A stretch of 41,572 nt of DNA from a virus (Duplodnaviria > Caudoviricetes). The translations under genes and the position numbers were made by a program. The stretch lies in IMG/VR virus record IMGVR_UViG_3300010201_000003, positions 1-41,572 of that record; one strand, 5' to 3'. The number at the start of each line of letters is the position of its first letter. Position 1 is the stretch's first letter. The notes beneath the pieces were generated by a model. That model was not told the DNA's origin. It saw only the letters and a program-made list of their open reading frames with translations, and ran no database searches. Shown piece after piece: positions 27,802 to 34,905 of the stretch.

Positions 27802-28670
27802 TGGGCGGAAAATCGAGTTCCAGCACCACCCAATCATCCTCATTGACGCCTTATGCTGGCGCCGCTGGGTCGATGGATAAGCTGCTAGCCGGAATCAACA
27901 ATCTTTCCGGCTCGGCGGGGTCGTTGACGACCGGGCAGCAAAGCCAGATTGACAAGGTCATTGGTCTCGCAAACGGACAGCCGGACTACAGCCAGCAGAT
28001 CAATAACGGAACGCTCGGCCTCCTGAATGGAGGCGGCGCACAGTCCAATGACGCCGCGATCAAGTCGAACCTCGGACTGTTGCAGAACGGCTTTCTTGGA
28101 CAGACGGCGAACGGCGCCAACATCGGCAACAACACGGCGCTGAAAGCGCAACTCGATACGATCGGCACCGACGTGTCGAACAACATCAACAGCGCATGGG
28201 CGGCGGCGGGCCGCGACGGATCGCCCGGCAACGCCCAGGCGGTGGCGCGTGGCGTCGCGCAGGCACAAGCGCCGATCCTCGCCGCGCAGTTCAATACGGA
28301 CACTGCGAATGCGTTGAACGCCGCAAACACGCTCTACAATGCTGGTAACACCACCTACGGCCTGCTGAACGGAACGCAGGGCGCGGCCAACAGCAACTTC
28401 GCCGCCGGCGTCGGCTCGGTGTCCGAAGGGATCAAATCGCAGCTCGCGGCGCCGGAAGCGGCGATGCAGGCCCTTTCGCAGCAGTTCAATATCCCGGCGT
28501 CGCAGCTCACCACGCTTCTCGGCGCCGTCTCTCCCGTCGCTGCGCAGTTCGGCACCAACAACGCCCAATCAAACACTGAAAACCAGATGAGCGGGGCGCA
28601 GCAATTCGCGTTGCTGGCGAATGGATTGTCCAGTCTCGGCGGAGCCAAATCGTCGTTCTTCGGAGCTTAG
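27801..28670 (+). CDS. DNA ejection/internal virion protein 1
   Basis: MGGKSSSSTTQ start (TGATG); G/N/Q/A-rich. Confidence 0.75.
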   Translation: MGGKSSSSTTQSSSLTPYAGAAGSMDKLLAGINNLSGSAGSLTTGQQSQIDKVIGLANGQPDYSQQINNGTLGLLNGGGAQSNDAAIKSNLGLLQNGFLGQTANGANIGNNTALKAQLDTIGTDVSNNINSAWAAAGRDGSPGNAQAVARGVAQAQAPILAAQFNTDTANALNAANTLYNAGNTTYGLLNGTQGAANSNFAAGVGSVSEGIKSQLAAPEAAMQALSQQFNIPASQLTTLLGAVSPVAAQFGTNNAQSNTENQMSGAQQFALLANGLSSLGGAKSSFFGA

Positions 28671-28673
28671 AGC

Positions 28674-30167
28674 ATGGCCGGAATTCTCGACCTTCTGAAC
28701 GGGGCGCAAGGCGGATTGCTCGATTTCTTGCGGAACAATGCGCTCAACCAAGCGATGCCGAGCGGGCTCGCCTCGGATATGGCGGACTACGGTACGCCGC
28801 CGTTGTCGCTGGCCGGCACCGCAATGCCGAAGCCGGCCGCGCCGCAGATCGCCGAAGCCAATCAGCCGAGCCCGCTCGACACCGCGCAGTGGCCGGCGGG
28901 GCCGATCGGTGCGCCGTCGAATGCAAACGCGGAAATGCCGTCAATCGCAAAGCCGGCCCCGTTCTCGCTCGGCGGAATGCTTGCGGCGCCCGCGGCGCCG
29001 GCCGGAGGCGGCGCGCCCGCGACTACAGATTCGGCCGCACCGGCGTCGCCTGGCTTTGGCGATCGGCTTTCGGCGTCTCTCGCAAGCGTCCAGCACACCA
29101 AAGGTCTAATCCCGGCCTTGGTAAACGGTGTAACCGGATTTGCGACGGGGCAGCGGACGGATGAGTCCGGCCGGGCGCAGAGCGCGAATGAACGCTGGCT
29201 GGCGTCGAACGGTGTTGACGCTGGAACGCTTGCCGCAGTGCGAGGCGACCCCGAGCTGACAAAAAAGCTTGTTCAGCAGACGATCACGCAGCGTCCTTTG
29301 ATCGCAGCATTGAAAGCGCGAGGGGCTTCTGACGCTGATATCGCTGCGGCAACTTCGAACCCTGAGTTCCTGAAAGCAGTGATCGCCAATAATGTGAAAG
29401 AGCAGGACAACTACCGGCCAGCGACGGCGCAAGAGCGCGCAGCTGCGGGAATGACCGGCGACAACAATACGCCGATGTTCGTAAATCAGACGACGAACGA
29501 ACCGAAGTTCGGGCCCGCGCAAACCAACGTCAACGTCTCGACGGAAAAAACCGGCCAAGCCGAGCTCGCGAAAACAGCCGTCGAAGAATACAAAAACGCT
29601 CAACTCTCATCCAGGGAGGCCCAGAAGCGGATTTCAATGTACGATGCATTTGAGAATGCTGCGCAGGGCTTCACGCCGGGCGCAACTGCTGAAATGCGCC
29701 TGACTGCCAAGCGCTATTTGAAGGACGCTGGACTGATCAAGGGTGACGACGTTCCGGATGGCGAAATCCAACAGATGATCGGCCGCCAGCTCGCTATCCA
29801 CGCGCAGCCGAAGGGCCAAGGCGCCGTCAGCAATTACGAGCGCGAGTTGTACGCCTCGGCGCTTCCCAGCATGATCCAGAGCCCAGAGGGACTGCGGCAG
29901 GCAATCGCGATCAACCGTAAACTTGAACAGTTCGATATGAAGGTCGCGCAAATCTGGCGTGAGAGCGCAGCGGCCAACCGCGGAATTCCGAACTATCTCG
30001 ACGTTCAAAACAAGATCGCAGACCTCGGATCGCCGTTATCTCCGTCCGATATGGCCGCGATCCAGCCGGCCGGTCGTCCGGCGCCGGCCGCGCCAGCGCC
30101 AACCGCCGCAAGTGCGCCGGATCGCGCCGCGATCGAGGCTGAGATCAAGCGACGGGGGTTGAAATGA
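28674..30167 (+). CDS. DNA ejection/internal virion protein 2
   Basis: MAGILDLL start; GQGAVSNYE motif; Ala/Pro-rich. Confidence 0.72.
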   Translation: MAGILDLLNGAQGGLLDFLRNNALNQAMPSGLASDMADYGTPPLSLAGTAMPKPAAPQIAEANQPSPLDTAQWPAGPIGAPSNANAEMPSIAKPAPFSLGGMLAAPAAPAGGGAPATTDSAAPASPGFGDRLSASLASVQHTKGLIPALVNGVTGFATGQRTDESGRAQSANERWLASNGVDAGTLAAVRGDPELTKKLVQQTITQRPLIAALKARGASDADIAAATSNPEFLKAVIANNVKEQDNYRPATAQERAAAGMTGDNNTPMFVNQTTNEPKFGPAQTNVNVSTEKTGQAELAKTAVEEYKNAQLSSREAQKRISMYDAFENAAQGFTPGATAEMRLTAKRYLKDAGLIKGDDVPDGEIQQMIGRQLAIHAQPKGQGAVSNYERELYASALPSMIQSPEGLRQAIAINRKLEQFDMKVAQIWRESAAANRGIPNYLDVQNKIADLGSPLSPSDMAAIQPAGRPAPAAPAPTAASAPDRAAIEAEIKRRGLK

Positions 30168-31825
30168 CCGACTTGACGAAGCTGTCCGACGCCGAACTGA
30201 TGACGCTGTACCATCAGTCGTCAGCTCCTACGCCATCGGCGTCCGCAGCTCCGATGGATCTGACGAAGCTTTCGGACACGGATCTGCTCGCGCTACGCGA
30301 CGCTCATCCGAGCGTCACATCAGATGTGGTGAAGTCGGGCGCTTCGGGGCTGGCGCGAGGTGCGCTTGAACTCGCTGGTTTTGTTCCGAAGGTGTCAGCA
30401 ATCGCACACGATGCCGCGAACAAATACGTGATTGATCCGGTGCTGGATGCGACATTCGGGAAGCCGAAGGCCACCGCCGAGCCGTCGATCGACATCAACA
30501 AGCTGGCCTCACCCGATAGCCTTCAGCGCGGCGTTGAGCAGGTTACCGGCAAGTTCTACGAGCCGAAGACGACAGCTGGAAAGTTCGTGCACAGTGCAGC
30601 CGAAGCTGTTCCGATGGGCATTGCCGCGCCCGGAAGCATGGCAGGCCGGATGGCTTCGGCCGTTGGATCAGGCCTGGCTAGCGAGGCGGCAGGCCAGACC
30701 ACTGAGGGCACGAAATGGGAACCTTGGGCGCGTATCGTTGGCGCATTCGCTGGCGGCGTCGCTCCGATGATGGCCGGCCGCGTCGTCACGCCGCTGCCGA
30801 GCAATCCGGCGCGTCAACGTCTTGTCGATGTGCTCAACGACGAAGGAGTAACGTCGCTGACCGCGGGCCAGCGCACCGGCAACAAATCCCTGCAATACCT
30901 CGAAAGCGCGGCCAGCACGGCACCTGGCGCCGGCGGCGGGGCGACGCGCATTCAGGAGGAAGGGCAGCGTCAGTTCACGCAAGCCGCGATGCGGCGCGCC
31001 GGGCAGGGGTTGCCTGACGCAGCCCCGGAGGTGCTGGCGCAGAATAACCAAAGGCTCGGGCAGGAGTTTCGTGATCTGTCGGCCCGCAACAATCTCGCGC
31101 CGGACAATCAGTTCGTCGATGACATCGTCAATGCGGCCCGCAACTATCGCCGCGTGCCGGACAGCCAACAGCGTCAGATGGTGCAAGGATACATCGACGA
31201 CATCATTGGTCACGTGAACGCCGGCAACATGCCTGGGCCGCAATACCAGGAAATGCGTTCGCGCCTCTCCCGCCAGGCCAACAGCCTGCGCCAGAGCGAT
31301 CCGACGCTGTCGGAGGCGCTGCGCGACATGCGCAACGCGCTTGATGGCGCTATGGGCCGCTCTATTTCGCCGCAAGATCAGGCCGCATGGCAATCGGCGC
31401 GGCGCGAATATGCGGCTCAGAAGACGATCGAGAAGGCGGCGTCTCGGGCCGGAGAGGCGACCGCGGAAGGTCAGATTGTGCCGGCAAATCTGCGCAATAC
31501 GGTCGCAGCAGAGAACCGCGGAGCGTACGCTCGCGGCGAGGGTCCGTTCTCAGAGCTGGCCCGCGCAGGATCTGCGATCATGGCGCCGCTTCCGAACTCT
31601 GGCACCGCTCAGAGGCTAAACGCCTTCAATCTGCTCAACCAAGCGACGCTAGGAGTTGTCCCGGCGGTCGCGGGGCGCGTCGTCATGTCTGCCCCTGTTC
31701 AATCCTGGCTCGCCAACCAGGCGCTCGCCGCTGCGATGCGGGCTCCGGAGACTCAACGGAGAGCTGTATTTCTCGCCTTTCAGGAAGCAGCGCGGAATAA
31801 GCTCCTGGCGCCAGTTCAAGACTGA
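30164..31825 (+). CDS. DNA ejection/internal virion protein 3
   Basis: Duplicated DLTKLSDxxL N-terminus, YEPKTTAGK, LTAGQRTG, PNSGTAQR. Confidence 0.72.
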   Translation: MTDLTKLSDAELMTLYHQSSAPTPSASAAPMDLTKLSDTDLLALRDAHPSVTSDVVKSGASGLARGALELAGFVPKVSAIAHDAANKYVIDPVLDATFGKPKATAEPSIDINKLASPDSLQRGVEQVTGKFYEPKTTAGKFVHSAAEAVPMGIAAPGSMAGRMASAVGSGLASEAAGQTTEGTKWEPWARIVGAFAGGVAPMMAGRVVTPLPSNPARQRLVDVLNDEGVTSLTAGQRTGNKSLQYLESAASTAPGAGGGATRIQEEGQRQFTQAAMRRAGQGLPDAAPEVLAQNNQRLGQEFRDLSARNNLAPDNQFVDDIVNAARNYRRVPDSQQRQMVQGYIDDIIGHVNAGNMPGPQYQEMRSRLSRQANSLRQSDPTLSEALRDMRNALDGAMGRSISPQDQAAWQSARREYAAQKTIEKAASRAGEATAEGQIVPANLRNTVAAENRGAYARGEGPFSELARAGSAIMAPLPNSGTAQRLNAFNLLNQATLGVVPAVAGRVVMSAPVQSWLANQALAAAMRAPETQRRAVFLAFQEAARNKLLAPVQD

Positions 31826-31963
31826 ATAAACGATCGCAGATACAGCGATTGAAGCCAGCAAAGCCAGTATCCCGACGCCGTAACCGCCGCCCCACCAGCG
31901 ATATTCAACGTCGCTCGCGATCACCGCGAAAAATACGCCCGCTTGAAGGATCTTCCACCACAT
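31649..31963 (-). CDS. Putative membrane protein (2 TM), convergent with and overlapping the ejection gene
   Basis: MWWKILQAGVFFAVIA..GVGILALLASIAVSAIVYSVL; follows the lipoprotein gene. Confidence 0.55.
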   Translation of the reverse strand: MWWKILQAGVFFAVIASDVEYRWWGGGYGVGILALLASIAVSAIVYSVLNWRQELIPRCFLKGEKYSSPLSLRSPHRSGERLVGEPGLNRGRHDDAPRDRRDNS

Positions 31964-31971
31964 CGGGAAAT

Positions 31972-32268
31972 CTATCGAACCCGTCCCAGGAATTCTTCAC
32001 CGCGCATTTTCCGGCATGCCCAAGAGAAAGCGCGCGTAGGAGTAGCGGCATTCATACGATTGAAATAGCTAGTCGCTTCTGAAATGCAGGCATCGTAGGA
32101 CGTGCTTTGTCCAACATACCACGCATCCTGAGGGCCATCATGGTAGCCGACTTCGGCCCGGTATGCGTAGTAGCCGGGTAAATAGTCGCACCCAGCTAGT
32201 CCGGGAACGGCACCAAGGACGGCCAAAATAGAAGTCAACCTGACGGTGCGACGGCCGGTCCTGTTCAT
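31972..32268 (-). CDS. Putative lipoprotein (superinfection-exclusion candidate)
   Basis: Basic N-terminus, hydrophobic stretch, lipobox LAG-C; two further Cys; ATGA-coupled to the RHH gene. Confidence 0.7.
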   Translation of the reverse strand: MNRTGRRTVRLTSILAVLGAVPGLAGCDYLPGYYAYRAEVGYHDGPQDAWYVGQSTSYDACISEATSYFNRMNAATPTRAFSWACRKMRGEEFLGRVR

Positions 32269-32438
32269 TTCTGCAAGAATCCGTTCTTCTTAAGATAATC
32301 AGTCAAGACTTTCTCGATTAGCGATGACAGTGACCGAGTGTCTTCGACGGCGGCCTTTTCAGCCGCCTCCTTAACAGAGGCGGGAAGGCGGACGGAAACA
32401 GGCAGTGGCTTCGGATTTGGTGAGGGAGGGCGACCCAT
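32265..32438 (-). CDS. Ribbon-helix-helix (Arc/Mnt/CopG-like) repressor, 57 aa (below ORF-track cutoff)
   Basis: MGRPPSPNPKPLPVSVRLPASVKEAAEKAAVEDTRSLSSLIEKVLTDYLKKNGFLQK*: beta strand VSVRL then two helices with RSLS. Confidence 0.85.
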   Translation of the reverse strand: MGRPPSPNPKPLPVSVRLPASVKEAAEKAAVEDTRSLSSLIEKVLTDYLKKNGFLQK

Positions 32439-32445
32439 TTTTCAC

Positions 32446-32485
32446 ATTAAATGTAGTTGACAAACATGGTGACTACATTTAATAT
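32446..32485 (+). promoter_or_regulatory. Sigma70 promoter overlapped by a 12-bp inverted-repeat operator
   Basis: TTGACA (32457-62), 17 nt, TAATAT (32480-85); ATTAAATGTAGT (32446-57) / ACTACATTTAAT (32472-83). Confidence 0.82.
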
Positions 32486-32497
32486 ACCAAACATCGC

Positions 32498-32537
32498 GGC
32501 CCGGCAAGGTGCTTCCAACACCAAGCCGAGCCTAACC
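32498..32537 (+). promoter_or_regulatory. Leader hairpin resembling a C4-type antisense target site
   Basis: GGC-C-CGGC-AA-GGTG[CTTCCAA]CACC-AA-GCCG-A-GCC-TAACC, between the promoter and the first gene. Confidence 0.5.
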
Positions 32538-32556
32538 AGAACCAAGGATCGTACCC

Positions 32557-33132
32557 ATGGCCCAGGCTGACGCTGCCAATAGCACATCACGACGACATTT
32601 CCTCTCGTTTCTCGGCGCGGCTGCGGCCACGGCGGCCGGAGCGGTCGCGGTGGCAGCGCCGCCGGCCGAAGATGCGATGGGCACGCACACCGTGCGTACC
32701 TCCTCAGGCGATCCTGAGGCGCCTTCCGCCGACTGGAATGCGCTGTACGACGAACTGCGGGAGCTGTTCGAGGTCTATCAGGGCCACAAGGCGCTACGGG
32801 ACGAGCGCCACGACGCATTCACCCGCTGGGCCAAGCGCAACCCGCCGCCCAGCGATTTGGACCGGCTGGTGCAGCGCGACTATCAGGAGCGCTACGAGAC
32901 GGCGCTTGCACAGTGCGAGTTCGGAGCATTGAAGGCCGCCGAGGACAAAGCGTTCAGCGATTACTACGAGGCAGTCAAGAGGACCGCCCGCACGCCGGTC
33001 AAGAACCTCGCTGACGCTCGCGGCAAGGCCGCGTGCAGCTTGATCGACAACGATACCGGGCCGATCCATAGGCTCCTGTTGAAAGAGCTTCGCGCTATTC
33101 ATCTACACGATATCCACAGTGTCAGCGCTTGA
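32557..33132 (+). CDS. Hypothetical protein with twin-arginine-like N-terminus
   Basis: AAGGA RBS; SRRHFLSFLGAAAATAAGAVAVAA followed by a helical domain. Confidence 0.75.
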   Translation: MAQADAANSTSRRHFLSFLGAAAATAAGAVAVAAPPAEDAMGTHTVRTSSGDPEAPSADWNALYDELRELFEVYQGHKALRDERHDAFTRWAKRNPPPSDLDRLVQRDYQERYETALAQCEFGALKAAEDKAFSDYYEAVKRTARTPVKNLADARGKAACSLIDNDTGPIHRLLLKELRAIHLHDIHSVSA

Positions 33133-33179
33133 TTGAGCGACCGATTGGCCGCCGAGTGATCACCTAATGATCGTAGGTT

Positions 33180-33209
33180 TCCGCCTCTGGCAGGGCGGAT
33201 GTGAACGCG
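33180..33209 (+). promoter_or_regulatory. a1/b1-type target of the downstream C4-like RNA
   Basis: Hairpin TCCGCC/GGCGGA displaying CTGGCAG, then GAACGCG (33203-09); both are exact complements of loops in 33221-33295. Confidence 0.7.
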
Positions 33210-33220
33210 AGATTCGAGGG

Positions 33221-33295
33221 CTTCAATGAGCCCCCGGTTTCGTGAAAGCGAACCCGCGCGTTCCGGGCCTGCCAGGGCCGGGGCGCTCATTGAAG
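33221..33295 (+). ncRNA. C4-like antisense/regulatory RNA
   Basis: Outer stem CTTCAATGAGC../..GCTCATTGAAG; TTCGT-GAAA-GCGAA GNRA hairpin; CCCG[CGCGTTC]CGGG hairpin; CCTGCCAG segment. Confidence 0.7.
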
Positions 33296-33305
33296 GACTA
33301 AGAAA

Positions 33306-34058
33306 ATGGCGAAGAAGGAAGAAGCAACCACGATCACGATCCAGCCACTCAAGCGTGGATCGGTGCGGCTCCGGATCATCGGAGTAACACCGCTTTTCCA
33401 AAATCGAATGGCGAGCAAGGCCAAGCATCAGTTGTTGGTCGGAGGTCAGAAAAAAGGCAAGGCGGATCGCGCCGCGATCAAGCACGATCCGATCTCCGAG
33501 TTTCGCGACAGCGCCGAAATTCTCCCCGGTGGCCCGACCGCGCTTGGCCTGCGGGTCGTTGCTGTGAAGGCCGCGATGGCGACGGCCGCGCTTGAAACGC
33601 CCGGCCTGACCAAGACGTCGGCGCAACGGTTGCTGTTCATGCCGAATGATCTGGTGCCGCTCTACGGCACGCCACAACTGCGTATGGACGTCGTCCGCTC
33701 CGCTGACATCAACCGCACGCCGGACATTCGGACGCGTTGTTACTTGCCGAAGTGGGGCGCCGAGATCGCGATCCACTTCATCACGCCGCAGCTCTCGGTG
33801 CAGGGCGTCGTGTCGCTGCTCTGTAATGCGGGCATTCTGGTCGGCGTCGGCGACTACCGGCAGGAAAAGGGCAAGGGCGCGTTCGGGTCATTCCGCGTGC
33901 TCGGTGAAGGTGAGGACGATCCGGAGTGGAATGACCTCGTTGAGAACCACGGGCGCGACGCGCAGGAAGTCGCACTCAGCGATCCCGAATTGGCTGATAC
34001 CGACACCGCCGATCTGATGGAGCATTTTCACCGGGAGGTGCGGCGGCGAGCTGCGTAG
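33306..34058 (+). CDS. RAMP/Cas7-like RNA-binding protein, putative effector of the GGC-NN array system
   Basis: N-terminal strand VRLRIIGVTPL and C-terminal Gly-rich loop GVGDYRQEKGKGAFGSFRV, as in RAMP proteins; the array starts at its stop codon. ORF is solid, fold is inferred. Confidence 0.7.
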   Translation: MAKKEEATTITIQPLKRGSVRLRIIGVTPLFQNRMASKAKHQLLVGGQKKGKADRAAIKHDPISEFRDSAEILPGGPTALGLRVVAVKAAMATAALETPGLTKTSAQRLLFMPNDLVPLYGTPQLRMDVVRSADINRTPDIRTRCYLPKWGAEIAIHFITPQLSVQGVVSLLCNAGILVGVGDYRQEKGKGAFGSFRVLGEGEDDPEWNDLVENHGRDAQEVALSDPELADTDTADLMEHFHREVRRRAA

Positions 34059-34238
34059 GCAGCGTTTGGCACGGCAGGCGGGGCAAGGCATGGCCCGGAC
34101 GGGCGAGGCGAGGTGCGGCCAGGCAGGCAAGGCGAGGAAAGGCTGCGCAAGGCGTGGCGTGGACAGGCAAGGCAGGCATGGCATGGAAAGGCCGGGAGGG
34201 GCACGGCCTGGCAAGGTCCGGCGTGGCGAGGCCGGCTT
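34058..34238 (+). repeat. (GGH-NN)n pentamer array 1, putative guide-RNA array
   Basis: 33 pentamers, mostly GGC+NN with some GGA/GGT; 4-nt units at 34073, 34122, 34171 (GGCA) and 34230 (GGCC) give blocks of 49, 49 and 59 nt. Confidence 0.9.
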
Positions 34239-34277
34239 GAACAGCAAGCGGATCCAACCTCAGTGGAGAAACCAAGA

Positions 34278-34787
34278 ATGACGAAGTTTACGAAGGAACT
34301 ACGCCAGCAGATCGTCGAAGATTTTGCGCGGCGTCACAACGGACAGTACGACCCCGCGCTGTTTCTGCGCGAGGTCAAGGACACGGGCGAGAGCCATCCG
34401 GCGTTCGGGTGGTTCGAGTGGGACCAGAGCAAGGCGGCGCAGGAACACAATCTGTGGCAGGCGCGCGCCTTCGCGAAGGATCTCCGGATCAAGTTCGAGG
34501 TCGAGGAGATCAGCAGCGGCAAGTCGATCACGGTTACGACCGAGGCGCCGCTTGTGATGTCGCCGACCGCTGGCCGCCAGGATGGCGGCGGATACGTCCG
34601 CTTCAATCCCGACGATCCGGCGCATCAGGCGGAGCTCTGTCAGCAGGCGGCAGTGGCGCTGCGGTCCTGGCTCAAGCGATACCAAGCTGCGCTGATTCAC
34701 GCCGGCTACGGCGTGAAGATGGTTGAACAGATAGCCGCGTCTCTTGATGCGGTGAAGGTGAATGCTGCGACCGACGTCGCAGCATAG
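34278..34787 (+). CDS. Hypothetical partner protein between the two arrays (169 aa)
   Basis: GGAG RBS, ATG 34278; HPAFGWFEWDQSKAAQEHNLWQAR motif. Confidence 0.8.
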   Translation: MTKFTKELRQQIVEDFARRHNGQYDPALFLREVKDTGESHPAFGWFEWDQSKAAQEHNLWQARAFAKDLRIKFEVEEISSGKSITVTTEAPLVMSPTAGRQDGGGYVRFNPDDPAHQAELCQQAAVALRSWLKRYQAALIHAGYGVKMVEQIAASLDAVKVNAATDVAA

Positions 34788-34795
34788 TTGAGTGT

Positions 34796-34903
34796 GGCAC
34801 GGAGCGGCAGGCGCGGATAGGCGCGGTGCGGCGAGGTAAGGCGCGGCGGGGAATGGCCGGCGCGGTGATGAATTGCAGGGCGGCGTGAGGCTCGGCAAGG
34901 CAA
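34796..34903 (+). repeat. (GGH-NN)n pentamer array 2
   Basis: 4-nt units GGCA (34806) and GGCC (34855), each followed by nine pentamers (49-nt blocks); the last block has three degenerate triplets. Confidence 0.88.
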
Positions 34904-34905
34904 CG

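Noticed and set aside
33888-34281. ORFs 34066..34281(+), 33888..34247(-), 33976..34275(-) and the N-terminal extension of 34113..34787
   Set aside because: Low-complexity ARQG/PCLA translations produced by the 5-nt repeat; the real downstream start is ATG 34278 with a GGAG RBS.
34058-34903. Canonical CRISPR array or simple microsatellite
   Set aside because: There are no 23-47-nt identical repeats with unique spacers and no cas1/cas2. Variation confined to positions 4-5 and the 49-nt punctuation argue against slippage. A two-tier G-quadruplex is possible but would not explain the block structure.
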